This document shows positions 1-9,589 of a stretch of DNA of 64,000 nt, piece after piece. Origin of the DNA: Actinomycetota bacterium (GTDB lineage: Bacteria > Actinomycetota > Acidimicrobiia > Acidimicrobiales > JACCXE01). Where the stretch lies: positions 45,272-109,271 of the forward strand of contig JBEHXL010000006.1 in NCBI GenBank assembly GCA_048498715.1. The letters run 5' to 3'. Each line of letters starts with the position of its first letter. Position 1 is the first letter of the stretch. The notes beneath the pieces are model-generated. The model had not been told where the DNA came from. It did no database searches and saw nothing but the letters and a program-made list of their open reading frames with translations. Both the position numbers and the translations under genes were made by a program.

Positions 1-529
1 GCCGCTCTCCGATTTCGCTGTTCGATAGACCACGCGCGACGAGAACCAGCACCTCGCGTTCACGATCCGTGAGGTGTTTCAGCGGCGACGGGTCCACCGG
101 CGTCGCGTCAGTGAAACGCTCGATCAGTCGGCGGGTCACAGTCGGCGCGAGTAGCGCGTTGCCCGCCGCAACCACCCGCACGGCTTCGACGAGGGATTCG
201 GGTGGTGCGTCCTTCAGCAGAAACCCGCTCGCGCCCGCGCGCAACGCTGCGTACACGTAGTCATCCACATCGAATGTCGTGAGCACAATGACGCGTGTGT
301 CCACGAGCGCCACATCGCTCGTCATGCGGCGTGTCGCCTCTATGCCGTCCATACGCGGCATACGGACGTCCATGAGGACAACATCGGGTCGTTCGCGGGC
401 CACGACATCGATGGCCGTTTCCCCGTCCTCTGCCTCGCCGACGAGCGTGATGTCCTCGACGTGCGCGATGAGGGCGGCAAAGCCGCCCCGCACGAGGGGC
501 TGGTCGTCGACGATCACGACACGGATCAA
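1..529 (-). CDS. NarL/LuxR-family response regulator; C-terminal end cut by the window edge
   Basis: Not in the ORF track because there is no stop inside the window. The minus strand from TTG 529-527 reads MIRVVIVDDQPLVRGG...VVLMDVRMPRMDG (receiver) and ...DREREVLVLVARGLSNSEIGER (LuxR HTH). The TTG overlaps the kinase stop as TTGA. Confidence 0.85.
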   Translation of the reverse strand, partial: MIRVVIVDDQPLVRGGFAALIAHVEDITLVGEAEDGETAIDVVARERPDVVLMDVRMPRMDGIEATRRMTSDVALVDTRVIVLTTFDVDDYVYAALRAGASGFLLKDAPPESLVEAVRVVAAGNALLAPTVTRRLIERFTDATPVDPSPLKHLTDREREVLVLVARGLSNSEIGER

Positions 530-1605
530 CGCGCGTCCTCGATCGGAAGGCGGGCCGCGACTCGGAATCCGCAACCGTTCGGTCCCGCCTCGAAGGCCCC
601 GCCGTAGAGCTCGACGCGCTCACGCATTCCGATAAGCCCGTGGCCACCGGCGACAACTTCGCCGCCCACGCCATCGTCACGCACCTCGATGCCGATCATC
701 GAGCCGTCGTAATCGATGGTCACCTTGGCGTGTTGTGCGTTGGCATGTTTCCGCACATTGGTGAGCGCCTCCTGTACAACGCGGTAAACGCACTGGTCGA
801 CGCCTGCGGACAACTCGACGACCGCGCCTCGAATCTCCACGTCCACGACAACTCCTGCCTTCGCCGTCGCGTCGATGAGGTCGTCAATCGCGCGCACCCC
901 GGGAGCGGGCAGCAACGAGTCGTCGACGAGATCCTCGTCGCGCAACACGGTGAGCAGCCTCCGGAGGTCCTGGAGCGCGGCGCGGCTCGTCGTCTCGATC
1001 GTCGAGAGGGCCTGCTCGGCGACGTCCGGCGAATCCTTGATCACGTAGCGGCCCGATCCCGCCTGCACTGCGATGACACTTATCGCGTGGGCGACGACGT
1101 CGTGGAGTTCACGAGCGATACGAAGCCGCTCGTCGACGACCGCACTGCGCGCGGTTGCCGCTGTTTCAACCGCGACCCGACGAGAACGGTCACCAAGCCA
1201 CGCGGCAAAACCGAGCGCGACAGCGTTGGAAAGAACAGTTTCGACATCAGCGCCGCTCGCCATCACCACAACCGCCATTACCGCCACCACACCTCCGAGC
1301 AGCAGTCGAGCCTGCTTGGCCTCGAGACGCGCGCCGGTTGTGTAGACCGCAACCAGGACGGCCGGACCGAGGATGACGACTGGTAACCGCACCGCCGCGC
1401 ACAGCACCGCCGTCGCAGCCATCGCGACCACGACACATAAGGGCCAGCGACGACGGAGCGCTAATGCACCGCAGTGCGCAAGCCCGATCGCAACGCCAAG
1501 CCCCGTTTCCGCAGCACCGGAAAGTAAGCCGACTGACAACAAGATCGAGAGGACTGAGAAGCCCGAGGCGACGGCCACGTCAAAGGCCATTTCCCGGCGC
1601 GTCAT
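526..1605 (-). CDS. membrane sensor histidine kinase, HisKA_3 (NarX/DesK-like) type
   Basis: 359 aa with N-terminal hydrophobic helices. H-box RIARELHDVVAHAISVI and ATPase motif HGLIGMRERVELYGG. Translationally coupled to the downstream regulator. Confidence 0.85.
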   Translation of the reverse strand: MTRREMAFDVAVASGFSVLSILLSVGLLSGAAETGLGVAIGLAHCGALALRRRWPLCVVVAMAATAVLCAAVRLPVVILGPAVLVAVYTTGARLEAKQARLLLGGVVAVMAVVVMASGADVETVLSNAVALGFAAWLGDRSRRVAVETAATARSAVVDERLRIARELHDVVAHAISVIAVQAGSGRYVIKDSPDVAEQALSTIETTSRAALQDLRRLLTVLRDEDLVDDSLLPAPGVRAIDDLIDATAKAGVVVDVEIRGAVVELSAGVDQCVYRVVQEALTNVRKHANAQHAKVTIDYDGSMIGIEVRDDGVGGEVVAGGHGLIGMRERVELYGGAFEAGPNGCGFRVAARLPIEDAR

Positions 1606-1666
1606 GCGCCCACGGTACGGGGGCGAGTGGCCGGGGTCGTCACCCGCGAGGCGTACTCCCGCAGCG

Positions 1667-2398
1667 TTACGCGTCGCCGTTGGCGCGTCGTGCTTCCTGG
1701 GCTTCGCGGTCGCGACGGATGCGTTCGGCCGCGGCGAGCGTGTTCTCGTCGGACCGCGGGCCTGACCAGTCGAGATACCAGTGTCGGCTCACGCCGATGA
1801 TCCACGAGCCGTCGTCCATGGGGGACAGACCGAAGCGTGTGATCGTGCGTTCGCGGCCGACGTGATCGGAGTAGAGCAACTCGATCTGCACCATGGTCTT
1901 GTTCGCGATCGCATCGACGAGCGCGAGTCGCGTTTCGTCATCCGGATTGCGCAGCGCGCCCTGCCACATACCGATGTCACCGGCGGGTACGTAGAGATCG
2001 CGCGCCTGCATCCGGAACTCTTCGAGCGGGGTGTGGTCGACGTGTTCCAGGTTCACGTTGCGGCCGGTCCACACCGACCAGCCCTGCAACACACCGATAC
2101 CACTGCCGACGTTGCGCAGGCTCATCACGAGATAGACGGTGCCGTCGACGTGCTCGATCGCGGCTCGCCCACCCGCGGCCTTCACCCAGTTGCCTTCCAT
2201 GAAGGCGATCTTTTGCATCGGATCGTCGAAGCGCGACGGCGCCAGCAGCGGCCGGCGCTGCTCCTGCAATGCGAGCTCTGCGATCCGCGCCGAGCGGTTC
2301 GACGAGCGCACGGCCGCGAACGTGGCTACTGCGAGCACCAGCGTGCCAAGTGCAGTGGCGAGCGACGAGACCGTCGCCCAGTCGATCGATGCGATCAC
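1667..2398 (-). CDS. hypothetical membrane-anchored protein
   Basis: 243 aa with a single N-terminal hydrophobic helix (VSSLATALGTLVLAVATFAAV) and high GC3. 4-nt overlap with the upstream oxidoreductase gene. No motif I recognise. Confidence 0.6.
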   Translation of the reverse strand: MIASIDWATVSSLATALGTLVLAVATFAAVRSSNRSARIAELALQEQRRPLLAPSRFDDPMQKIAFMEGNWVKAAGGRAAIEHVDGTVYLVMSLRNVGSGIGVLQGWSVWTGRNVNLEHVDHTPLEEFRMQARDLYVPAGDIGMWQGALRNPDDETRLALVDAIANKTMVQIELLYSDHVGRERTITRFGLSPMDDGSWIIGVSRHWYLDWSGPRSDENTLAAAERIRRDREAQEARRANGDA

Positions 2399-4086
2399 AC
2401 AGGCCTCCGTCTGGTGAAGCGGATTGCCCCCGGTGCATCGGCCGGCACCACCGGCGCATGCGGCGCGACCGCCTCGATACGTTCGTAGTCGTCGCCCGGC
2501 GACGGCCGCGGATCAGTGTCTCCTTTGTTCGGCCAGAACGACATGGCGCGCTCCGCCTGCGCGGTGATGGTGAGCGACGGATTCACGCCGAGGTTCGCCG
2601 AGATCGCGGAGCCGTCGACGACGTGCAAGCCCGGGTAGTTCCACACGCGGTGATACGCGTCGATCACACCCGTCTCCGCCGAGTCACCGATTACCGCACC
2701 ACCGAGGAAGTGCGCCGTCATCGGGATGTTGAACACGTCGTTCCATCCGCCGCCGGCAAAGCCGTTCTTGAACTTCTTCGCCAGCAAGCGGACCGCGGCG
2801 TGGCCCTGCGGAATCCACGTCGGGTTCGGTTCGCCGTGGCCCGCCTCCGACGTGAGGGCGTGACCGAACACGCCCTTCTTGCCTTTCACCGTGATCGAGT
2901 TGTCGCGGGTCTGCATGACCAAAGCGATGATGATCTGCTCCGACCAGTGCCGCATCGACAGGTTGCGCAATAGGTAGACGGGGTGCTTCACCGCTTCCTT
3001 CACCCACTTCAGCGGGCGCGACCCGTCACCACCGTCGACGAGACCCGTCGTCAACAGCCCCATCATGTTCGAGCCCTTGCCGTAGCGAACCGGCTCGATG
3101 TGCGTGCTGTCGTCAGGATGAAACGACGACGTGATTGCGACGCCCTTGGTGAAGTCGACGTCGTCGGTGAAATAGCGCGCGCCGAGGATCGCCTCGGAGT
3201 TCGTGCGCGTGAGCACACCGAGACGGCTTGAGAGCCTCGGCAACGTGCCGCTGTCGCGCATGCGATGCAGCAGCCGCTGAGTGCCCATCGTCCCTGCCGC
3301 GAACACGACGTTCTTCGCGTGGAACGTGCGCCGCTTCTTGCGCGCCCACGCACCGGTGCGTTCGGTGTGCACCTCGTAAGTGCCGTCCGCGCGTTGCTCC
3401 ACCGACGTGACCGTCGTCAACGGATGGACTTTCGCGCCCGCCTTCTCCGCGAGAAACAGGTAGTTCTTCAGCAACGTGTTCTTGGCCCCGTGGCGACAAC
3501 CCGTCATGCATTCGCCGCACTCGATGCAGCCGGTGCGCTTCGGGCCGACACCACCGAAGAACGGGTCCTCGACCTCGACGCCGGGATCGCCGAAGAACAC
3601 GCCGACCGGCGTCGGATGGAACGTGTCGGCGACGCCCATCTCTTCGGCGATGTCGCGCATCACTTCGTCGCTCGGCGTCATCGACGGATTCTCGACAACA
3701 CCAAGCATGCGCTTGGCCTGGTCGTAGAACGGCGCGAGTTCGTCGCGCCAGTCCGTGATGTGTGCCCACTGCTGATCGGCGAAGAAGGGCGGCAACGGTT
3801 CGTACAACGTGTTGGCGTAGTTGAGCGACCCACCACCGACGCCCGCGCCCGCGAGCACCATCACGTCCTTCAACAGATGAATGCGTTGGATGCCGTAAAA
3901 CCCGAGCTTGGGCGCCCACAAGAAGCGGCGCACCCGCCACGACGTCTCGGGGTAGCTCGACTCGTCGAAGCGTCGACCGGCCTCGAGCACCGCAACCTTG
4001 TAGCCCTTCTCCGTCAGCCGTAGCGCGGTGACGCTGCCACCGAACCCGCTCCCGATGACGACGACATCGACGTCGGTTTCGCCCAC
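2395..4086 (-). CDS. GMC-family FAD oxidoreductase (cholesterol-oxidase-like)
   Basis: 563 aa. N-terminal Rossmann motif VVVIGSGFGGSVTALRLTEKGYKVAVLEAG. Length and C-terminal region fit GMC oxidoreductases. Confidence 0.8.
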   Translation of the reverse strand: MGETDVDVVVIGSGFGGSVTALRLTEKGYKVAVLEAGRRFDESSYPETSWRVRRFLWAPKLGFYGIQRIHLLKDVMVLAGAGVGGGSLNYANTLYEPLPPFFADQQWAHITDWRDELAPFYDQAKRMLGVVENPSMTPSDEVMRDIAEEMGVADTFHPTPVGVFFGDPGVEVEDPFFGGVGPKRTGCIECGECMTGCRHGAKNTLLKNYLFLAEKAGAKVHPLTTVTSVEQRADGTYEVHTERTGAWARKKRRTFHAKNVVFAAGTMGTQRLLHRMRDSGTLPRLSSRLGVLTRTNSEAILGARYFTDDVDFTKGVAITSSFHPDDSTHIEPVRYGKGSNMMGLLTTGLVDGGDGSRPLKWVKEAVKHPVYLLRNLSMRHWSEQIIIALVMQTRDNSITVKGKKGVFGHALTSEAGHGEPNPTWIPQGHAAVRLLAKKFKNGFAGGGWNDVFNIPMTAHFLGGAVIGDSAETGVIDAYHRVWNYPGLHVVDGSAISANLGVNPSLTITAQAERAMSFWPNKGDTDPRPSPGDDYERIEAVAPHAPVVPADAPGAIRFTRRRPV

Positions 4087-5151
4087 TCAGCCAGTCTTTC
4101 GCATCGGTGTCAGCAAGTACGCAACGCGCATCCCGCCGGTCATCGCACCCAACGCGGCGCCGCGACGTCCGGGCTGGCGCGCCGCATCGTCGTACAGCTT
4201 CGGCATGAACGTCGCGACTCCGAGACCCACCAGGAAGAAGCCGACGATGGGCACCGCCTCGAGCCGAACGAGCGCGGCGAGAACGAAGCCGATCGTCGCG
4301 ATCGTCACGCTCATGCGATGAAGGCCGAGATGACCGAGACGGTGCTGCAACCAGTCGCCGGCGAACCGCATCGACGTCATCCCGACGGTGAACGCGACGA
4401 AGGCGAGACTGCCGAGGGCAGCCGCGGCGTGGAAGTCGTCCGTCATGCGGAAGCTCGCCCAGTCGCCGCCCGTCACTTCCAGCAGGACGGCAAACATGCC
4501 ACCGGCCATCAACAGAACCACGGGCAGGTACCGCACGCGTCGCGAGTCGGACGGGTCCGTCTCCTCCTCTTCGTGGGCGCCCGAGTCGTCGGACAGGAGG
4601 TTGCGCGTCACCAACGTCAGGAACCCCGCCATGAGCACTGCGACAACGCTGAGCTGGGTGGACGGGCTCAGTTGCGCAGCGTTCGCAGCGACACCGCCGA
4701 GACCACCGGCCAGCGTGCCGAGACTCCACACGCCGTGCAGTCGATTCATGACGGGCGTGTGCCGACGCGCGCTGATCCACGAGCCCTGCAGGTTCATCGA
4801 GATGTCGACGAGCACGTCGAGGAATGCGTAGAACAGCATGCCGACGAGCCACACCCACGGGCTACGGGCGAATCCGATGATCGGCAACGTGCACACCATG
4901 ACGACGGCGCCCGCCTTCAACACCTGCTTCGTGCCCGCTCGATGAATGATCCGGCCCGCAAAGGCACTGCCGACCAACCCGAACACCGCCGCGCACGTGA
5001 GCAACACACCGAACTCGTCGATGTCGACGCCGAGGCGGTTGCGGATTTGGGGCGCCCTCGAAACGAACGATGCAGTCATCGCACCGTTCACGAAGAACTG
5101 CCCTGCGACCGCCGCTAACGCGCGGCGGTCGTTGTCGACATCCGACGGCAC
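4087..5151 (-). CDS. MFS-type transporter (call from topology only)
   Basis: 354 aa, hydrophobic throughout with many predicted helices. Directly abuts the oxidoreductase gene. Confidence 0.55.
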   Translation of the reverse strand: MPSDVDNDRRALAAVAGQFFVNGAMTASFVSRAPQIRNRLGVDIDEFGVLLTCAAVFGLVGSAFAGRIIHRAGTKQVLKAGAVVMVCTLPIIGFARSPWVWLVGMLFYAFLDVLVDISMNLQGSWISARRHTPVMNRLHGVWSLGTLAGGLGGVAANAAQLSPSTQLSVVAVLMAGFLTLVTRNLLSDDSGAHEEEETDPSDSRRVRYLPVVLLMAGGMFAVLLEVTGGDWASFRMTDDFHAAAALGSLAFVAFTVGMTSMRFAGDWLQHRLGHLGLHRMSVTIATIGFVLAALVRLEAVPIVGFFLVGLGVATFMPKLYDDAARQPGRRGAALGAMTGGMRVAYLLTPMRKTG

Positions 5152-5178
5152 GACCGCATCATGGCGCGGCCGACCCCG

Positions 5179-5640
5179 TCAGTTCGCGCAACCGAGCCGC
5201 GCCGTCGCGGCGAGACCGTCAGCGAGTTGCTGCCGCTCGGTTGCCGTGAGCTGCGCGTCGCGATGCAATCCGAACCACGTGTAGGAACTCGGCGGCATCG
5301 ATCCTTCGAGTACCGCCTCAGGTGCTTCGTGGGCGTCTTCGCCTTCGTGGCCACACTCCGAGACGTTCAGACTCGCACGGCCCTCGTTGACGTGATTGGC
5401 GATCCACCAGGCGATCGGCGCGACCTTCTCGTAGACGCGCGATCGCGTGTGATTGCTGTGGCAGTCAGCACACGCGTTGTTGAACAACTGTTGTGTTCGA
5501 GCGGAGTCCCACTTGGGTTCGGACACGACCGGGTGGTTCTTCACTCGATACGGCACGAGCTGAATGAGGAAGAACACCACCACAATCGCAAGAACAATCT
5601 TCGGAAGTCGCAGCACGACCGTGATGGTGCCCGGTTCCAC
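5179..5640 (-). CDS. haem-binding-domain protein with CxxCH motif
   Basis: 153 aa. N-terminal TM helix (VLAIVVVFFLIQLV) followed by NNACADCHSNH. Confidence 0.65.
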   Translation of the reverse strand: MEPGTITVVLRLPKIVLAIVVVFFLIQLVPYRVKNHPVVSEPKWDSARTQQLFNNACADCHSNHTRSRVYEKVAPIAWWIANHVNEGRASLNVSECGHEGEDAHEAPEAVLEGSMPPSSYTWFGLHRDAQLTATERQQLADGLAATARLGCAN

Positions 5641-5680
5641 CTAGTGCCGAAACTGCCGAAGGTCCTTTCGTGGCCGCCGT

Positions 5681-7072
5681 TCAGCGCGTCGCGTGCGCAG
5701 CCAGCACGTCGGCGACGCAGGCCGTCACGCGTCGCGCGGTCGGGATGTCCAGGAACTCGTTCGGTCCGTGCGCGTTCGACTCCGGCCCGAGGACACCAGT
5801 CACCACGAACTGCGCGTTCGGGTACCGCTCGCCGAGCATCGCCATGAACGGGATCGAGCCCCCGATGCCGGTCGCCCCGGTCGGATTGCCGAACGCCTGC
5901 ATCGACGCGGTGTCGAGCGCGGTGGCGAGCCACGGTGCGGTCGGCGGCGCGTCCCACCCGCTGCCATGCTCGCCCTCCGACGCGGTAACCAGCGCTCCGT
6001 ACGGCGGATTGGCCGTCAGTGTTGCAACCAACTCCTGCAGCGCCGCCTCGGCGTCAGCGATCGGAGGCAGACGCATCGAGAGCTTGGCTTCGGTGAAGGG
6101 TCGCAAGACATTGCCGGCGTCGACCGGCAGCGGCGCGCCCGCGAGACCTGTTACCGACAGAGCCGGCCGCCACGTGTGGGCCAGGATCATCTCGGCGCGG
6201 TCGTGCGTCATCGGTTGCGTGCCACCGGCAAACGGATACGGCTCGGAGATGTCGAGTAGCTCCGCGACGCGCTGCGCCTGTTCCACACGCTCGGCCGGAA
6301 TCTCGGCGTGCATCGACGGCAGCAGAATGCGGCCCGTTTCCTGGTCTTCGACACGCGAGAGCAGCGTGCGCAAGATGCGGAACGACGAGGGGATGACGCC
6401 ACTGGCACCCGAGTGCACGCCCTCGCTCAACACGTCGACGCGGAGGTCGACGCCGACGAGGCCGCGCAGCGACGTGCTCACCCAGAGTCGGTCGTAGTCC
6501 GAGCAACTCGAATCGAGACACACGACCAACTCGACGTCGCCGAGCGTGTCGGTCAACGCCTCGATGTGCGCGGGCAGGTCAGGGCTGCCGCTCTCCTCGG
6601 AGGCCTCGATCAGGATCACGCAGCGCGCGTGGGGCAGGCCGCGCTCGCGCACCGCTTCGATCGCCGTGAGCGCGGTGAACGCGGAGTAGCCGTCGTCGGC
6701 GCCACCGCGTCCATACAGCCGCTCTCCCTCGAGACGCGGCTCCCACGGACCGAACCCCTCGTGCCAACCCGTCATCTCGGGCTGCTTGTCGAGGTGCCCG
6801 TACAACAGGACGGTGCCGGTGGTGTCGGTCGCCGTCGCCGGGATCTCACACACGATGACGGGCGTGCGCCCCGGCAGACGATGCACCGACAGCGAGAGAC
6901 CCTCGACGCCGCGGCTCGTCAGCCAATCGCTGACGAGTTGGACGGCACGATCCATGTGGCCGTGCGCTTCCCACTCCGGATCGAACGCCGGCGACTTGTT
7001 CGGGATGCGGATGTAGTCCTGCAGCACCGGAACGATCTCGTCCCAACGAGAGTCGATGAACGCGTCGGTCAT
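5681..7072 (-). CDS. M20-family dipeptidase / metallopeptidase
   Basis: The track ORF is 544 aa, but its first 81 codons are Arg-rich and overlap the upstream gene. ATG at 7072 gives MTDAFIDSRWDEIVP. HLDKQP, GRGGADDGYS and EASEESGS motifs. Confidence 0.8.
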   Translation of the reverse strand: MTDAFIDSRWDEIVPVLQDYIRIPNKSPAFDPEWEAHGHMDRAVQLVSDWLTSRGVEGLSLSVHRLPGRTPVIVCEIPATATDTTGTVLLYGHLDKQPEMTGWHEGFGPWEPRLEGERLYGRGGADDGYSAFTALTAIEAVRERGLPHARCVILIEASEESGSPDLPAHIEALTDTLGDVELVVCLDSSCSDYDRLWVSTSLRGLVGVDLRVDVLSEGVHSGASGVIPSSFRILRTLLSRVEDQETGRILLPSMHAEIPAERVEQAQRVAELLDISEPYPFAGGTQPMTHDRAEMILAHTWRPALSVTGLAGAPLPVDAGNVLRPFTEAKLSMRLPPIADAEAALQELVATLTANPPYGALVTASEGEHGSGWDAPPTAPWLATALDTASMQAFGNPTGATGIGGSIPFMAMLGERYPNAQFVVTGVLGPESNAHGPNEFLDIPTARRVTACVADVLAAHATR

Positions 7073-7539
7073 AGCGTGATCGTGCCCGATAGATGCATCC
7101 GGAATGTCTGCGCCACGAAATCCGCGCCACCATCCGCCGTACCGCTGCCCGTCGCACCCACGAATCGACCGGTGCCGCCGACGATCGTCCATGTGCCGGT
7201 CCCCCGGAACTTCATGGCGCCGACGGGACAGCCGACGTCGAGGCTTCGGATCGTGATGGTTCCCCCGGCGAGAGTGATTCGCTCGACGTTCGTGTTGGCG
7301 AGACCACCGGGACATTCGATGCTCACGCCGGTCACACGAATCGCTCCTTTGTTCTTGGCACGGCCGAAAGGTTTGGACGGACCGCCACCGGCGAACGCAA
7401 ACCGCCCGGCACCGGTGATCGTCGCTTTACCGGTGAGCGTCGATCCAAAGTCGAATCGTGTGGACGCACGCGCTGGCGCAGCTTCGAGCGCCAGGGCCAG
7501 CATCGCGACAGCGACAAGAGACAACTTTCGAAGCTTCAA
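7069..7539 (-). CDS. secreted protein, dirigent / allene-oxide-cyclase-barrel-like
   Basis: TTG 7539 has GGAGG 7 nt upstream and gives the signal peptide KLRKLSLVAVAMLALALEAAPARA. Alternative start is ATG 7557. IVGGTGRFVGATG motif. ATGA overlap with the M20 gene. Confidence 0.6.
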   Translation of the reverse strand: MKLRKLSLVAVAMLALALEAAPARASTRFDFGSTLTGKATITGAGRFAFAGGGPSKPFGRAKNKGAIRVTGVSIECPGGLANTNVERITLAGGTITIRSLDVGCPVGAMKFRGTGTWTIVGGTGRFVGATGSGTADGGADFVAQTFRMHLSGTITL

Positions 7540-7961
7540 ACCAGATCCTCCACCCATGCGGGCAGTCTCGCGGGACGCCCGTCCCGCGTGAGACACGCAT
7601 GCAACGTTGCGGCAATCAGACGGGTCTCACCGTTCACCTCGACGACGTAGTCGACCTGAAACGTCGACCTCGTTGTCGCCGACAGCCGCAGCCGGACCGT
7701 CATCTCGTCGTCGAAGCGCACGGGCGCCACGTACTGCGTGAACACCTCCAACACTGCGAAGTCGTAACCCTCGACACGGAAAGTGGCGTAGTCCCGACCC
7801 GCGGCGCGTAACCATTCGACGCGCGCCTCCTCCAGGTACAACAGGTACGACGCGTGGTGGACGATCCCCATCGCGTCGGTTTCCGCGAAGCGCGCGCGGA
7901 TGCGATGCGTGAACACGTACGCATTCGCGTCGAGCACCGCGGGAATCTGCATGCGCGCCAT
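7536..7961 (-). CDS. acyl-CoA thioesterase, 4HBT/YbgC hot-dog family
   Basis: Last 141 codons of the 382-aa track ORF, starting at ATG 7961. FAETDAMGIVHHASYLLYLEEAR motif. The rest of that ORF is antisense to 8007..8906. Confidence 0.8.
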   Translation of the reverse strand: MARMQIPAVLDANAYVFTHRIRARFAETDAMGIVHHASYLLYLEEARVEWLRAAGRDYATFRVEGYDFAVLEVFTQYVAPVRFDDEMTVRLRLSATTRSTFQVDYVVEVNGETRLIAATLHACLTRDGRPARLPAWVEDLV

Positions 7962-8006
7962 TGCGTCAGAGTCTGCCTTGTCGCACCCACCTAGATTCGC
8001 GACAGC

Positions 8007-8906
8007 ATGAAGGTCGTCCCGTTCCCGGTCACGCGCGAACCCCACGTGGCCTACATCACTGACCGCGGGCGTAACTCGGGGCTGACGGCGGTCCGGTTCG
8101 TCGGCGACGATCGCGTCGTCTGCACCGACTTCAACGAGCGCGCGATCTACCTCGCGACGCTTACGGAAAGTGGCGTCGAGATCATCGACTCGTGCGCCAC
8201 CGTCATCGCCGACGGTTCGGCCGTCGAGACCGATCTCATGGACGTCAAGGACGACCTCGTCGCCGTGACGAACTTCTACCAAGGATCGGTCTCGTTCTTC
8301 CGCATCGAAGACGACCGCATTGCCTTCTCGCACGAAATGAACACCAACGACTTCGTCGGGATTCACGGCGTGCGCTTCGTGCCCGGCACCGACGATCTGC
8401 TGTGGGTTTCGTACTGCGGCAGGGACAACAAGTGCTTCGAGATCGTGTGGCACCCGACGCAGGAGGTGATCCACCGCGTCGAGACCGACGAGCAGATGCA
8501 GGACGTCGCTTTCGTCGACGGATACGCGCTGGCCTGCGCCCGCACCGACCACATCCGCACCAAGCGACCGTTGTCGCGGTGGAAACGTCGACAGATGTAC
8601 TCGACCGTCTACCTCTACCGGATGCCAGACGACATCGGGCAGAAGCCCCCGGTGCTCGTCGACACCTGGAGAGGCGAGGGCCACCTCGACGCCATCAAGG
8701 AGTTCGACGGCAAGGCCTACGCCGCGAACCAGTACCTCGACCGTGTCGACGTGTTCTCAGTACGCAACGGGAAGGTGCAGGCGGAGGAGAGCCTCACCGG
8801 TTTCTCGATGCCGCACGGACTCGACGTGCGCGCCGACGGACTGCTGGCGGTAACGAACTACCTCGATCAAACCCTTCGGCTCACCAAGCTCCGAGGGCGG
8901 GAGTAG
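8007..8906 (+). CDS. hypothetical protein, possibly beta-propeller-like
   Basis: 299 aa, high GC3, no signal peptide. Recurring short strand motifs (LVAVTNFYQG, LLAVTNYLDQ). No family recognised. Confidence 0.6.
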   Translation: MKVVPFPVTREPHVAYITDRGRNSGLTAVRFVGDDRVVCTDFNERAIYLATLTESGVEIIDSCATVIADGSAVETDLMDVKDDLVAVTNFYQGSVSFFRIEDDRIAFSHEMNTNDFVGIHGVRFVPGTDDLLWVSYCGRDNKCFEIVWHPTQEVIHRVETDEQMQDVAFVDGYALACARTDHIRTKRPLSRWKRRQMYSTVYLYRMPDDIGQKPPVLVDTWRGEGHLDAIKEFDGKAYAANQYLDRVDVFSVRNGKVQAEESLTGFSMPHGLDVRADGLLAVTNYLDQTLRLTKLRGRE

Positions 8907-8908
8907 CC

Positions 8909-9589
8909 ATGGCTACGTTCCTGTGTCTGCACGGCGCCGGCGGCCGAGCCGCCAATTGGCACTACGTCGGCGAGGAACTGCGGCGCGCCGGACACGACGT
9001 CGTGGCCGTCGATCTCCCCTGCGATCAGGAAGTCGGCCTCGATGCCTACGTCGATGCCGCAGTTGATGCACTCGGCAAACCGCCCGATGACCTCGTCGTG
9101 CTCGCGCAGTCGCTTGCCGGTCTCATCGCTCCTCTCGTCTGCGATCGGGTGCGCGTGACCCACCTGGTGCTGCTCGCGGCGATGGTGCCGAGTCCGGGCG
9201 AGTCCGGCGGCGACTGGTGGGCCAACACCGGTCACGCCGATGCCGTCGCCGCGCAGCATCTGCCGGACGACAGCGACGCGACCCTGTTCACCCACGACGT
9301 CCCCGACGACGTGCTCGCGGCCGTCGGCGAGCCCCGCCATCAGACCTCCACGCTGTTCGCGGAGCCGTGGCCGCTCGACGCGTGGCCCGACGTGCCGACC
9401 ACGTTCGTGCTGTGCCGCGACGACCGCTTCTTTCCGGCCGAGTGGCTACGCAATCTGGTGCGCGAGCGTCTCGGGATCGAGCCCGTCGAGATCCCGGGCA
9501 GCCACTGCGCGTTCCTGAGCCAACCTCAGGCCGTGGCCAGCGCTGCGATTGCAGCGCTTCAGCGCGCTCGAAGGGATTCGAACCCCTAA
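8909..9589 (+). CDS. alpha/beta hydrolase
   Basis: ATG 8909 lies 2 nt after the upstream stop. MATFLCLHGAGG and nucleophile elbow AQSLAG. The upstream part of the 465-aa track ORF is an alternative-frame shadow. The last ~10 codons lie inside the att repeat. Confidence 0.75.
   Translation: MATFLCLHGAGGRAANWHYVGEELRRAGHDVVAVDLPCDQEVGLDAYVDAAVDALGKPPDDLVVLAQSLAGLIAPLVCDRVRVTHLVLLAAMVPSPGESGGDWWANTGHADAVAAQHLPDDSDATLFTHDVPDDVLAAVGEPRHQTSTLFAEPWPLDAWPDVPTTFVLCRDDRFFPAEWLRNLVRERLGIEPVEIPGSHCAFLSQPQAVASAAIAALQRARRDSNP

Noticed and set aside
3113-4858. 581-aa minus-strand ORF spanning the oxidoreductase and MFS genes
   Set aside because: It is in an alternative frame of two well-supported genes. 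It is extremely Arg/Gly/Ala-rich with no motifs, which is typical of a high-GC shadow ORF.
5681-7315. 544-aa version of the M20 peptidase ORF
   Set aside because: The first 81 codons are Arg/His-rich and overlap the upstream secreted-protein gene. ATG 7072 forms an ATGA junction with that gene's stop.
7962-8684. N-terminal extension of the 382-aa ORF containing the thioesterase
   Set aside because: It is antisense to the GC3-rich 8007..8906 gene. Thioesterase homology begins at ATG 7961.
8192-8908. N-terminal extension of the 465-aa ORF containing the alpha/beta hydrolase
   Set aside because: It is an Arg-rich alternative frame of 8007..8906. The hydrolase begins cleanly at ATG 8909, right after the upstream stop.
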